Below the pieces are notes generated by a model. That model saw only the letters and a program-made list of their open reading frames with translations, was not told where the DNA came from and ran no database searches. A DNA stretch of 64,000 nt from Cryomorphaceae bacterium (GTDB taxonomy: Bacteria; Bacteroidota; Bacteroidia; Flavobacteriales; Schleiferiaceae): NCBI GenBank assembly GCA_007116495.1, contig SKIJ01000003.1, positions 13,708 through 77,707 of the forward strand. The letters run 5' to 3'. Shown here piece after piece: positions 39,920 through 49,993 of this stretch. Within the stretch, counting starts at the first letter, position 1, and each line of letters opens with the position of its first letter. Made by a program: the position numbers and the translations under genes.

Positions 39920-40953
39920 TGCTAAATCCAAGATTTGGTAAACAAGGCTTTATGAAAGCGACATCAAAACCCATTGATGTCGAACATTTGGCTGCATCAA
40001 TCAAATCAGGTAATGTTGTTGCGCTTGCACGCGGAATAACCATTATAGAAAGTACACGTAATCGTGATCGAACAATTAAAAATCAACTTCTCAATGCTAT
40101 TTTTTCCAAAACTGGAAAAGCATACCGCGTTGGTATAACCGGTGTTCCCGGGGTTGGCAAGAGCACGTTCATTGAATCTTTTGGCTTAAATGCAATTGAC
40201 AACGGTTTCAAAGTCGCTGTACTGTCTATAGACCCTAGTAGTTCGCGAAGTGGCGGCAGCATACTGGGTGATAAAACACGAATGAACGAACTCAGTAAAC
40301 ACAAAAATGCATTCGTTCGTCCTACCGCATCGGGAACGCATCTTGGAGGTGTTGCGCAAAGCACCCGTGAGAGCATGCTTTTATGTGAGGCTGCAGGATT
40401 TGACTTAATCATTGTAGAAACTGTAGGTGTAGGTCAATCAGAAATTGAGGCCATGCAACTCACCGATTTTTTCCTACTGCTTATGCTAAGCGGAGCCGGT
40501 GATGAATTACAGGGGATAAAGCGGGGAATAATGGAGGCTGCAGATGCCATTGCCATTACCAAAGCCGACGGAGATAACATTACCGCTTCTAAAAATGCGG
40601 CCCAAGAATACCGAAGAGCCTTGCATTTGATGCCCCCGCATGAAGGCGATTGGATTCCCAAGGTCGGAATCACGTCTTCAATTGAAAAACGTGGAATGCA
40701 AGAGGTGCTTAAATGGTTAAAGCTCTACCGCAACAATTGCGAAAAAAATGGGTATTGGGAAATCAAGCGTAAAAAACAAGCCGATTATTGGTTTGATAAA
40801 CACTTGCAAAAACAGCTTCTCAGCGTATTGACGTCCAATGAGGCACTAGAAAATAGCCTTTCAGACATCAAAGCATCTGTTCACAATCTCAACATCGACC
40901 CGTTTCAGGCCGCAGAATCGTTGATTCAGTCCATTAAAATACGCTTGGACTAA
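39919..40953 (+). CDS. meaB: MeaB/ArgK-type G3E-family GTPase (methylmalonyl-CoA mutase accessory type).
   Basis: 'GITGVPGVGKSTFIE', 'LSIDPSSSRSGGSILGDKTRM', 'ETVGVGQSE' and 'ITKADGD'. Confidence 0.85.
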   Translation: MLNPRFGKQGFMKATSKPIDVEHLAASIKSGNVVALARGITIIESTRNRDRTIKNQLLNAIFSKTGKAYRVGITGVPGVGKSTFIESFGLNAIDNGFKVAVLSIDPSSSRSGGSILGDKTRMNELSKHKNAFVRPTASGTHLGGVAQSTRESMLLCEAAGFDLIIVETVGVGQSEIEAMQLTDFFLLLMLSGAGDELQGIKRGIMEAADAIAITKADGDNITASKNAAQEYRRALHLMPPHEGDWIPKVGITSSIEKRGMQEVLKWLKLYRNNCEKNGYWEIKRKKQADYWFDKHLQKQLLSVLTSNEALENSLSDIKASVHNLNIDPFQAAESLIQSIKIRLD

Positions 40954-42044
40954 ACGTTGAATCTGAAGTGCATAACGTCTCCGTCTTTAACCACGTATTC
41001 CTTCCCTTCCACCCGTAGTTTTCCTGCTTCACGCGCGGCAGACTCTGAACCGTAATGTGCATAGTCTTCGTAAGCAATGACCTCTGCACGTATAAACCCT
41101 TTTTCAAAATCAGAGTGGATAACACCTGCAGCTTCAGGTGCTGTAGATCTTGCAGGGATGGTCCAGGCGCGAACCTCTTTTTCTCCGGCAGTAAAATAGG
41201 TATGTAAATCAAGTAGTTTGTAAGCAGCACGTACTAGAACATTGACTCCTGGTTCTTCTAACCCGAGATCATCCAAAAACATTTGTCGCTCTTCAAACGA
41301 TTCAAGTTCAGAAATATCTGCTTCGGTTGCTGCAGCAAGTACAATTACCTCTGCTTGCTCATCAGCAACAGCTTGCTTCACGCGCTCAACATGCACGTTG
41401 CCGTCTTTAGCTGAAGACTCGTCAACATTACATACGTATAAAACAGGCTTAGATGTGAGAAGCTGTGCTTGTTTCATCCACATGGCTTCATCTTCATTTT
41501 CGATGGGAAAACTACGTGCCGATGCCCCGGACTCCATAAATGCTTTTAAACGCTCGTAAAAGTCGGCTTCTTTTTTAACTGACTTGTCTCCTACTCGTGC
41601 CGCTTTACCGGTTTTTTCCGATAGTTTCTGAAGAGATTCAAAGTCTTTTAATTGAAGTTCTATATCAATGACCTCTTTATCGCGGACCGGATCTACCGTG
41701 CCGTCAACGTGGGTTACATTTTCATTTTCAAAACAGCGAAGAACGTGAATGATGGCGTTCGTTTCACGAATGTTTCCCAAAAACTGATTTCCCAACCCCT
41801 CTCCTTTGCTTGCACCTTTAACCAAGCCTGCAATGTCTACTATTTCAACTGTAGCTGGTTGAACGCGTTGCGGATTCACTAATTCTTGGAGTTTTTCCAA
41901 GCGATGATCCGGAACGTTTACCATGCCTACATTGGGCTCTATGGTACAAAACGGATAATTGGCTGACTGCGCTTTAGCACTTGACAAACAGTTAAAAAGG
42001 GTTGATTTCCCGACATTGGGGAGCCCGACGATGCCACACTTCAT
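40950..42044 (-). CDS. ychF: Redox-regulated ribosome-binding ATPase YchF.
   Basis: 'MKCGIVGLPNVGKSTLFN', 'DIAGLVKGASKGEGLGN' and the C-terminal 'GKEYVVKDGDVMHFRFNV'. Confidence 0.95.
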   Translation of the reverse strand: MKCGIVGLPNVGKSTLFNCLSSAKAQSANYPFCTIEPNVGMVNVPDHRLEKLQELVNPQRVQPATVEIVDIAGLVKGASKGEGLGNQFLGNIRETNAIIHVLRCFENENVTHVDGTVDPVRDKEVIDIELQLKDFESLQKLSEKTGKAARVGDKSVKKEADFYERLKAFMESGASARSFPIENEDEAMWMKQAQLLTSKPVLYVCNVDESSAKDGNVHVERVKQAVADEQAEVIVLAAATEADISELESFEERQMFLDDLGLEEPGVNVLVRAAYKLLDLHTYFTAGEKEVRAWTIPARSTAPEAAGVIHSDFEKGFIRAEVIAYEDYAHYGSESAAREAGKLRVEGKEYVVKDGDVMHFRFNV

Positions 42045-42076
42045 AGGAGGTAAATTTTAAAGGCGGCAAATATACT

Positions 42077-42955
42077 CTAAACCTTTCTACGGCGAGCGGC
42101 AATCATCGTATTTTTAAGCAATGACGCAATAGTCATTGGTCCAACACCACCGGGAACCGGTGTTATGAAAGCAGCTTTTTTCGACACGGTATCAAATTCA
42201 ACGTCACCCACAAGGCGGTAACCCGATTTCTTTGTGGTATCAACAACGCGAGTAATGCCAACATCTACAACGACGACACCTTCTTTTACCATGTCAGCAG
42301 TAACAAAGTTAGGTCGGCCCACCGCAGCAATAATGATGTCAGCAGAGTGAACAATCTCAGGAAGGTTTTGGGTATGACTGTGACAAATGGTTACGGTACT
42401 GTTTCCGGGATACCCGTTGCGTGACATTAGAATACTCATAGGTAGACCAACAATGTGACTTCTTCCCAACACCACACAATGCTTTCCTCCCGTTTCGATA
42501 TTGTAACGGTCGAGAAGCTCAACAATTCCTGCTGGTGTAGCGGGAACGAATGCGTGCATGTTCAATGCGATTCGCCCAAGATTTTGTGGGTGAAAACCAT
42601 CGACATCCTTTTTGGGATCAATGGCCATAATGACTTTGTGTTCTCTTATTTGGTCGGGAAGTGGCAATTGAACGATGAATCCATCAATGGACTCGTCTGC
42701 ATTGAGCTTTTCTACTTCGGCTATGAGTTCTGCCTGACTGATGGTATCCGATAAACGAATCAAGCTGGACGCAAAACCAACTTCTTCGCAAGCTTTAATT
42801 TTGGCATTTACATACGTAACACTTGCACCATTATTTCCAACCAAAATGGCTGCTAAATGCGGGCGGCGATTACCTTTTTCGACAAATTTTTTTACTTCTT
42901 CACGGATTTCGTTTCGCAGTTGTTGTGAAGTGTGTTTACCGTCTAAAAGTCTCAT
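42077..42955 (-). CDS. folD: Bifunctional methylenetetrahydrofolate dehydrogenase/cyclohydrolase.
   Basis: 'AAILVGNNGASVTYVNAKIKACEEVG', 'FIVQLPLP', 'VVLGRSHIVGLPM' and 'PVPGGVGPMT'. Confidence 0.95.
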   Translation of the reverse strand: MRLLDGKHTSQQLRNEIREEVKKFVEKGNRRPHLAAILVGNNGASVTYVNAKIKACEEVGFASSLIRLSDTISQAELIAEVEKLNADESIDGFIVQLPLPDQIREHKVIMAIDPKKDVDGFHPQNLGRIALNMHAFVPATPAGIVELLDRYNIETGGKHCVVLGRSHIVGLPMSILMSRNGYPGNSTVTICHSHTQNLPEIVHSADIIIAAVGRPNFVTADMVKEGVVVVDVGITRVVDTTKKSGYRLVGDVEFDTVSKKAAFITPVPGGVGPMTIASLLKNTMIAARRRKV

Positions 42956-43032
42956 TGATTAAATTTAAAAAATATGTTTAGGTGCCAAAAAATTAAGCTG
43001 GCACGCATAATATTTGGGTGTAATAAAACCAT

Positions 43033-44382
43033 TTACCTACCTCCAAACGGCAATCCGCCACCGCCACCCATCATTTGGGCCATTTGTTTCATCTTACCGC
43101 CTTGCATTTTTTTCATCATTTTACTCATATCTTCGAACTGCTTCACCAACTTATTGATTTCAGCTACATCTCGTCCACAACCTTTTGCAATGCGTTGTTT
43201 CCGACTGCCATTCATTAGCTTAGGATTGTTACGCTCTTGCGGTGTCATACTTTGTATAATGGATTCAACGCCCTTAAACGCGTCGTCATCGATGTCAACG
43301 TTTTTCAACATTTTACCCATACCAGGCATCATACCCAAAAGATCTTTCATGTTGCCCATCTTTTTAATCTGCTGTATTTGCTGATAAAAATCTTCGTAAT
43401 CAAAGGTATTGGTGGCAAATTTTTTGGATATTTTACGCGCTTCTTTTTCGTCAAACTGCTCTTGAGCCCGTTCTACCAAAGAAACCACATCGCCCATACC
43501 CAAAATACGATCTGCCATCCGATCGGGATGAAACACATCCAACGCATCCATTTTTTCTCCGGTACCTATAAATTTTATGGGCTTTTTTACCGTTGCTTTG
43601 ATGGTTAACGCCGCACCACCACGAGTATCTCCGTCGAGCTTGGTGAGAACAACACCATCAAAATTGAGTACATCGTTAAAGGCTTTAGCTGTATTCACAG
43701 CATCTTGACCGGTCATGGAGTCTACGACAAAAAGTGTTTCCGACGGCTTAATTGTTTTGTGCACCGCTGCTATTTCTTCCATCATCTGCTTGTCTACAGA
43801 CGTACGACCAGCGGTATCAACAACAACAGTATTAAAACCATTGTCCTTTGCGTAGGCAATGGCCTTTTTGGCTATATCTACCGGATTCTTATTCTCCTCA
43901 TCGGCGTAAACTTCAGCGTTAATTTGTTCTCCGAGAACTTTGAGCTGCTGAATGGCTGCCGGCCGGTAAACGTCTCCCGCAACCAAGAGAACTTTACGTG
44001 ATTTTTTTGTTTGCAGATAATTGGCCAACTTTGAACTAAAGGTTGTTTTACCAGAACCTTGAAGTCCCGCTACGAGAACAATTGCAGGCTTTCCCTCAAG
44101 ATTAATTGACTCTGCTTCGCCTCCCATGAGTTCAGCCATTTCGTCGCGCATGACCTTAACCAGAACTTGACCTGGTTTCAATGAGGTCAATACCTTTTGA
44201 CCAATGGCTTTATCTTTTACCGTTTTGGTAAAATCTTTTGCTATTTTAAAACTAACGTCGGCATCGAGCAGCGCTCTGCGTACTTCTTTCATCGTTTCGG
44301 CAACGTTGACCTCAGTGATCTGCCCGTGCCCTTTCAATACATGAAGGGCATTTTCTAATTTTCCAGATAAATTGTCAAACAT
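43033..44382 (-). CDS. ffh: Signal recognition particle protein Ffh.
   Basis: 'MFDNLSGKLE', 'VAGLQGSGKTT', 'DTAGR' and a Met-rich M domain at the C-terminus. Confidence 0.95.
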   Translation of the reverse strand: MFDNLSGKLENALHVLKGHGQITEVNVAETMKEVRRALLDADVSFKIAKDFTKTVKDKAIGQKVLTSLKPGQVLVKVMRDEMAELMGGEAESINLEGKPAIVLVAGLQGSGKTTFSSKLANYLQTKKSRKVLLVAGDVYRPAAIQQLKVLGEQINAEVYADEENKNPVDIAKKAIAYAKDNGFNTVVVDTAGRTSVDKQMMEEIAAVHKTIKPSETLFVVDSMTGQDAVNTAKAFNDVLNFDGVVLTKLDGDTRGGAALTIKATVKKPIKFIGTGEKMDALDVFHPDRMADRILGMGDVVSLVERAQEQFDEKEARKISKKFATNTFDYEDFYQQIQQIKKMGNMKDLLGMMPGMGKMLKNVDIDDDAFKGVESIIQSMTPQERNNPKLMNGSRKQRIAKGCGRDVAEINKLVKQFEDMSKMMKKMQGGKMKQMAQMMGGGGGLPFGGR

Positions 44383-44405
44383 ATAAACATGCTATTTTTG
44401 TCGTG

Positions 44406-44413
44406 CAAAGTTA
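44406..44413 (-). promoter_or_regulatory. -7 promoter box (TAACTTTG) for ffh.
   Basis: TAnnTTTG match on the minus strand, about 23 nt upstream of the ffh ATG. Confidence 0.45.
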
Positions 44414-44484
44414 CAAAACAAGACCCCATAACCATTGGTTTAAAAAAAATGCATAACTAAAAATGCTACCACAGGCTTAAACAT

Positions 44485-44492
44485 TAAATTTG
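44485..44492 (+). promoter_or_regulatory. -7 promoter box (TAAATTTG) for valS.
   Basis: TAnnTTTG match 71 nt upstream of the valS ATG. Confidence 0.4.
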
Positions 44493-44563
44493 CGCCATCT
44501 ATTTTAGTAGACGTTGAACATCCGAGATATTTACAAATTCTTTATTGCTATACAGCAGCGCAC

Positions 44564-47182
44564 ATGCAAGCATATAATTCCGCCAACATCGAAGAAAAAT
44601 GGTACAGTTACTGGCAAAAAAACAACTGTTTCCGATCTGTTCCTGACAATCGCAAACCCTACACCATCGTCATCCCACCACCAAATGTTACGGGAGTTTT
44701 ACACATGGGGCACATGCTCAATAATACCATTCAAGACGTCTTGGTACGCCATGCTCGTTTAATTGGTAAAAATGCATGCTGGGTACCCGGCACAGACCAC
44801 GCTTCCATTGCTACCGAGGCTAAAGTTGTTGCTCGCTTAAAGGAACGCGGCTTGTCGAAAGAGGAAATTGGGCGCGACGGATTTCTAAAAGAAGCTTGGA
44901 AGTGGACAGACGAATACGGTGGCATTATTCTCGAACAACTAAAGCGCATCGGTGCATCCTGCGATTGGGAACGAACTGCATTTACTCTAGATGATGTACG
45001 ATATGAGTCTGTCATCAAAACCTTTATAGATCTTTACGAAAAAGGACTCATTTACCGCGGATACCGCATGGTTAATTGGGATCCGGAAGCAAAAACTACC
45101 ATATCTGACGAAGAAGTTATCCACAAAGATTTACAAGGTAAGCTTTATCATGTACGTTATCAGATAGAAAACAGCAGCGATAGTTTGGTGATTGCCACCA
45201 CCCGTCCAGAAACGATCCTCGGCGACACCGCCATTTGCATCCATCCTGAAGACGAACGCTACAAACACTTACATGGGAAACGTGCCATTGTACCTATAGC
45301 CAACAGAAGCATTCCCATTATTTTAGATACTTACGTCGACCGTGAATTTGGAACAGGTTGTCTTAAGGTTACTCCAGCACACGATGTCAATGACTACAAC
45401 TTAGGACAAACACACAATCTTGACATCATCGACATTTTAAACGAAGACGGAACGCTCAACGAGCACGGATTGCATTACGAAGGTCAAGACCGCTTTGCCG
45501 TACGCAAATCCATAGCAAAAGAGATGGAAGATATAGGCGTATTGGTAAAAATGGAAGACTACCGCAATAGTGTGGGAACCTCCGAACGCACCGGAGCTGT
45601 GATTGAACCACGACTCAGCAAGCAGTGGTTTCTCAACATGAAAGAAATCACTCGGCCTGCCATTGACGCCGTAGAAAATGGTGACGTCAATTTAGTGCCC
45701 GAAAAGTTTCGTGCAACCTACAACAATTGGTTAAACAACATTCGCGATTGGAACATCAGTCGTCAGTTGTGGTGGGGACACAGAATACCCGCCTACTACT
45801 ATGGCAATGGCGAAAACGATTTTGTTGTAGCTGCATCTATTGAGGATGCTTTGGAGCGCGCTAAAACACAATCTGGGAACAGTGAACTTACCATCAACGA
45901 GTTGCGCCAAGAAGAAGACGTACTCGACACCTGGTTCTCTTCTTGGTTATGGCCACTTAGTGTTTTTGACGGTATAAATAATCCAGACAACGAAGAAATC
46001 AACTATTACTATCCCACAGCAGATCTAGTATCTGGTCCTGATATTCTGTTTTTCTGGATTGCGCGCATGATTATGGCCGGATACCACTTCCGCAGTGAAA
46101 AGCCATTTTCAAATGTTTACCTTACCGGTATTGTTCGCGATGCACAAGGCAGAAAGATGTCTAAGCAATTGGGCAACAGTCCTGATGCACTCAAACTAAT
46201 GGAACAATATGGTGCTGACGGAGTGCGAGTGGGAATTTTGCTTTCTGCTCCGGCGGGAAATGATTTGTTGTTCAACGAAGACCTTTGTAATCAAGGTCGG
46301 AATTTTGCCAATAAAATATGGAACGCGTTTAACCTTGTACAGCAGTGGCAGTCCGATGCGAACAAAGCTCCTCTACCTTCCGATGAACTGGCCATCAAAT
46401 GGTTTCAGCAACGGATGAATAACATTGTGATTGACGTCGATGACGCATTAAAGCGCTATCGGTTGTCGGATGCACTTATGATGATTTACAAACTCATATG
46501 GGACGATTTCTGCAGCTGGTACTTAGAAATCATTAAACCTCAAGGTGAAAAAACCGTAAATGCTGTTGTGCTGGATCACACAATTTCGTTCTTTGAACAG
46601 CTCTTAATTATCGTTCATCCATACATGCCATTTGTGAGCGAAGAGTTGTGGCAGCAAATACGACCACGTAAAACGGGTGAAACCATTATGTACGCTGCAT
46701 GGCCTAAGAGCGAAGCCGTTAACAACAATATAATCAACGAATTTGAAGAGGCGCGAGACGTAATTACCGGTGTTCGTCAAATCAGACTGGACAAGCAACT
46801 TGGGTTCAAAGATGATCTTCAGTTATTGGTAAATGGTGCCTTCCATCATTCATTTATATCCGTGATAAAAAAGCTCGCACGTATTTCAGACGTTAAAATT
46901 GTAGATGAAGCGCCCGAAGGTGCTGTGAGTTTCCTCGCTGCCGGCAAGACATTTTATCTCGACTTAGGTGATCGCATTAATGTAGAAGAAGAACGCGCCA
47001 AAGCAGAAGAGGAACTCAAATATCTACAAGGGTTTTTAAAAAGTGTGGATAAAAAACTTGGCAATGCACGTTTTGTAGATAATGCGCCCGCAAGTGTAGT
47101 GGAAAACGAGCGCAAAAAACAAGCAGACGCAAAAGGCAAGATTGAGCGCTTGATTGAACGAATTGAGAGTTTAAATAAATAA
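44564..47182 (+). CDS. valS: Valine-tRNA ligase.
   Basis: 'PPPNVTGVLHMGHML' (HIGH), 'KMSKQLGN' (KMSKS) and a C-terminal coiled coil. Confidence 0.95.
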   Translation: MQAYNSANIEEKWYSYWQKNNCFRSVPDNRKPYTIVIPPPNVTGVLHMGHMLNNTIQDVLVRHARLIGKNACWVPGTDHASIATEAKVVARLKERGLSKEEIGRDGFLKEAWKWTDEYGGIILEQLKRIGASCDWERTAFTLDDVRYESVIKTFIDLYEKGLIYRGYRMVNWDPEAKTTISDEEVIHKDLQGKLYHVRYQIENSSDSLVIATTRPETILGDTAICIHPEDERYKHLHGKRAIVPIANRSIPIILDTYVDREFGTGCLKVTPAHDVNDYNLGQTHNLDIIDILNEDGTLNEHGLHYEGQDRFAVRKSIAKEMEDIGVLVKMEDYRNSVGTSERTGAVIEPRLSKQWFLNMKEITRPAIDAVENGDVNLVPEKFRATYNNWLNNIRDWNISRQLWWGHRIPAYYYGNGENDFVVAASIEDALERAKTQSGNSELTINELRQEEDVLDTWFSSWLWPLSVFDGINNPDNEEINYYYPTADLVSGPDILFFWIARMIMAGYHFRSEKPFSNVYLTGIVRDAQGRKMSKQLGNSPDALKLMEQYGADGVRVGILLSAPAGNDLLFNEDLCNQGRNFANKIWNAFNLVQQWQSDANKAPLPSDELAIKWFQQRMNNIVIDVDDALKRYRLSDALMMIYKLIWDDFCSWYLEIIKPQGEKTVNAVVLDHTISFFEQLLIIVHPYMPFVSEELWQQIRPRKTGETIMYAAWPKSEAVNNNIINEFEEARDVITGVRQIRLDKQLGFKDDLQLLVNGAFHHSFISVIKKLARISDVKIVDEAPEGAVSFLAAGKTFYLDLGDRINVEEERAKAEEELKYLQGFLKSVDKKLGNARFVDNAPASVVENERKKQADAKGKIERLIERIESLNK

Positions 47183-47261
47183 TGAACGATTAAATGGATA
47201 ATCGAATGGTCATTTTTTACTTAACAGTAAGTGATTCCTTATCCAGCATAAAAAAACGCAT

Positions 47262-48215
47262 ATGAAACGAAACGTAAAATTCATTGGCAATACATCTGAA
47301 CTCGGAGCCGGAACGCGTGGGAGCAGTATGGGGCTAGATGCCTTAAAGATCGCCTCATTTTCGCTTAACAAACAATTCTTCCGCACCTACAAAGTTGAGC
47401 AAATCCCTAATCTCAACGACCGTTTGTTCGAGGATATCAAAACCAACACAGCAAAGCGACTTGACGGTATTGTAGAAATGTACGATCGCATCAGTAAGGT
47501 AGTCAAGCAATCATTGCAAAATCATCATTTTCCCGTCATCATTGCCGGAGATCACTCCAATGCAGGAGGCACCATCAAGGGCATCAAAGAAGCAATCCCC
47601 AACGAACGTCTCGGTGCAATTTGGATAGACGCCCATGCTGATCTCCATTCACCCTACACATCCCCTACCGGTAACGTTCACGGCATGCCTCTGGCTACAG
47701 CCATCCATGAAGACAATTTAGCATGTCAACAAAAAAAACCAAGTAAAACTACAATTGAACATTGGAACAAAATAAAAGGAGAACATCAGCGCATCAAGCC
47801 TGAGGATCTTTTTTTTGTAGGAGTGCGCTCTACCGAAAAACCCGAAGACGAGCTGATGGCGCGTAACAACATACCCAATGTGAAGGTTCCAGAGCTTACA
47901 GAAAAGGGTGCCGCAACAGTTGCGGAACAGGCACTCAATCACCTGTCCAACTGCGATGCCATTTACGTATCTTTCGATGTAGATTCCTTAGATTCCAGCA
48001 TTTCCGTTGGAACCGGAACTCCTGTTCCCGGCGGTTTATCTGAAGAACAAGCCACCCAACTCTTGGTAGGATTATTAAAGAACCCAAAGGTTGTTTGTTT
48101 GGAGTTTACGGAAATCAATCCTGTTTTAGACACAAAAGGGAACGTTATGGCGGAAACCGCCTTTCGTATTTTAGAAAAAGCCGTCAAGCAAATTGAAAAA
48201 ACCATCAACAACTAA
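47262..48215 (+). CDS. Arginase/ureohydrolase-family protein; substrate unassigned.
   Basis: 'IIAGDHS', 'IWIDAHADLH', 'YVSFDVDSLD' and 'GTGTPVPGGL' are binuclear-Mn ureohydrolase motifs. Confidence 0.8.
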   Translation: MKRNVKFIGNTSELGAGTRGSSMGLDALKIASFSLNKQFFRTYKVEQIPNLNDRLFEDIKTNTAKRLDGIVEMYDRISKVVKQSLQNHHFPVIIAGDHSNAGGTIKGIKEAIPNERLGAIWIDAHADLHSPYTSPTGNVHGMPLATAIHEDNLACQQKKPSKTTIEHWNKIKGEHQRIKPEDLFFVGVRSTEKPEDELMARNNIPNVKVPELTEKGAATVAEQALNHLSNCDAIYVSFDVDSLDSSISVGTGTPVPGGLSEEQATQLLVGLLKNPKVVCLEFTEINPVLDTKGNVMAETAFRILEKAVKQIEKTINN

Positions 48216-49985
48216 ATGGAGGCACTAATCTCACAACTGACCAAAGACGCTCAGAACGTTCTAAAAACACTTTACGATATAGAGGTTGGGACAATAGACT
48301 GGCAAAATACACGCAAAGATTTTGAAGGAGACCTAACGCTGGTCGTTTTTCCTTATCTGAAACAAAGCAAAAAAAACCCCGTATTAACGGCAACCGAAGT
48401 GGGAGAATCTCTTCTTGAAAATAGCACTTTGGTTGCTGGCTTTAATGTTGTGAAAGGGTTTCTAAACCTTGTAATTGATAAACAATGGTGGATAAATGCC
48501 ATTCGCGATGCAAATGGCAGCACATCTTTGGTTGTGCAAATTGATAGCCCACATGGCGTAATGGTGGAATACTCCTCACCTAACACCAACAAACCGCTTC
48601 ACCTCGGACACATTCGCAACTGTCTACTCGGTTGGTCTGTAGGTAACTTACAGCAAGCGATAGGTCACGACGTAAGTCGAGTTCAAATCATCAACGACCG
48701 CGGCATTCATATATGCAAATCTATGGTCGCTTGGTTGCGATTTGCAAACGGAGAAACGCCCGAATCTTCCGGTCTCAAAGGCGATCATCTCGTTGGAAAA
48801 TACTATGTTCTCTTCGATCAGCACTACCGTACACAAATAGCGGAAGCCATCGAAAATGGAGCTGACGAAGAAACAGCGAAAAAAGATGCGCCCATCATGG
48901 TTGAAGCGCGCGAAATGCTCATCCGCTGGGAGCAAAACGACCCGGAAGTCATGGACCTTTGGAATACCATGAACGGCTGGGTTTACGAGGGCTTTAATGA
49001 AACGTATCGCAGTATGGGGGTTTCGTTTGATAAAAACTATTACGAAAGCAACACCTACAAGCTTGGGAAAACACTGGTGAAAGAAGGTCTAAAAAAGGGT
49101 GTGTTTTCTCGCGAAGACGATGGGTCTGTATGGATAGATCTCACTGATGATGGACTGGATAAAAAAATATTACTGCGCAGCGACGGAACATCGGTTTATA
49201 TGACGCAGGATATGGGTACTGCTGTTCAGCGATTTGAGGATTACGACATTGCGCAGCTCATCTATACCGTTGGCAACGAGCAAGACTACCACTTCAAGGT
49301 ACTCTTTAAAATTTTGGAAAAACTGGGTTACGAATGGTCAGATGGACTCTTTCACCTATCGTATGGTATGGTTGACCTTCCCTCCGGAAAAATGAAGAGC
49401 CGTGAAGGCACTGTGGTAGATGCCGATGACTTGATTGAAAAAATGACAAAAAGCGCTGCAGAAGTTAGTGCCAGTCTGGGAAAAACAGACGGGATGAGTG
49501 AAACTGAAAAACAGACGCTTCACCGCCAAATTGGGTTGGGTGCGTTGAAATACTACATTTTAAAAGTTGATCCGCGTAAGCGTATGACATTCAACCCTGA
49601 GGAGTCCATTGACCTACATGGCAATACCGGACCATTCATCCAATATACCCATGCACGGATCAAGTCGCTTTTGCGCAAGGCGAATATTGCTTCATCTGCC
49701 GATAATGTAAAATCTGTTCTCCCCGAGGAAGTTGAGTTAATCAAAACGCTACTGCGATACGCACAAACCGTCCATCAAGCTGCAAATGAAATGAGTCCGG
49801 CCTTAATTGCCAACTACGTCTACGAACTTGTTAAAACCTACAACGGTTATTACCAATCACACAGTATATTGCACAACGATGATGATTCTGTGACATCTTG
49901 GCGCCTTTTACTAAGTGAACAAACCGCACGCGTCATTGCAGATGGACTTCATTTATTGGGTATTGACGCACCCGAACAGATGTAA
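48216..49985 (+). CDS. argS: Arginine-tRNA ligase.
   Basis: 'EYSSPNTNKPLHLGHIRN' (HIGH region), 'MSREGTVV'-type segment 'GKMKSREGTVV' and a C-terminal anticodon-binding domain ending in 'M'. Confidence 0.93.
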   Translation: MEALISQLTKDAQNVLKTLYDIEVGTIDWQNTRKDFEGDLTLVVFPYLKQSKKNPVLTATEVGESLLENSTLVAGFNVVKGFLNLVIDKQWWINAIRDANGSTSLVVQIDSPHGVMVEYSSPNTNKPLHLGHIRNCLLGWSVGNLQQAIGHDVSRVQIINDRGIHICKSMVAWLRFANGETPESSGLKGDHLVGKYYVLFDQHYRTQIAEAIENGADEETAKKDAPIMVEAREMLIRWEQNDPEVMDLWNTMNGWVYEGFNETYRSMGVSFDKNYYESNTYKLGKTLVKEGLKKGVFSREDDGSVWIDLTDDGLDKKILLRSDGTSVYMTQDMGTAVQRFEDYDIAQLIYTVGNEQDYHFKVLFKILEKLGYEWSDGLFHLSYGMVDLPSGKMKSREGTVVDADDLIEKMTKSAAEVSASLGKTDGMSETEKQTLHRQIGLGALKYYILKVDPRKRMTFNPEESIDLHGNTGPFIQYTHARIKSLLRKANIASSADNVKSVLPEEVELIKTLLRYAQTVHQAANEMSPALIANYVYELVKTYNGYYQSHSILHNDDDSVTSWRLLLSEQTARVIADGLHLLGIDAPEQM

Positions 49986-49993
49986 AAACAACA

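Noticed and set aside
39919-40953. MeaB/ArgK GTPase without an adjacent methylmalonyl-CoA mutase, considered as a possible orphan chaperone.
   Set aside because: The mutase genes may simply lie elsewhere in the genome. Absence from one 64-kb window is not informative.
40950-40953. Convergent meaB and ychF stop codons overlapping on opposite strands (CTAA), with no terminator.
   Set aside because: This is a common consequence of tight gene packing. No structure or motif suggests regulatory significance.
42974-43608. 136-aa and 123-aa plus-strand ORFs.
   Set aside because: They are antisense shadows of ffh, whose identity is unambiguous. The peptides are hydrophobic and low in complexity.
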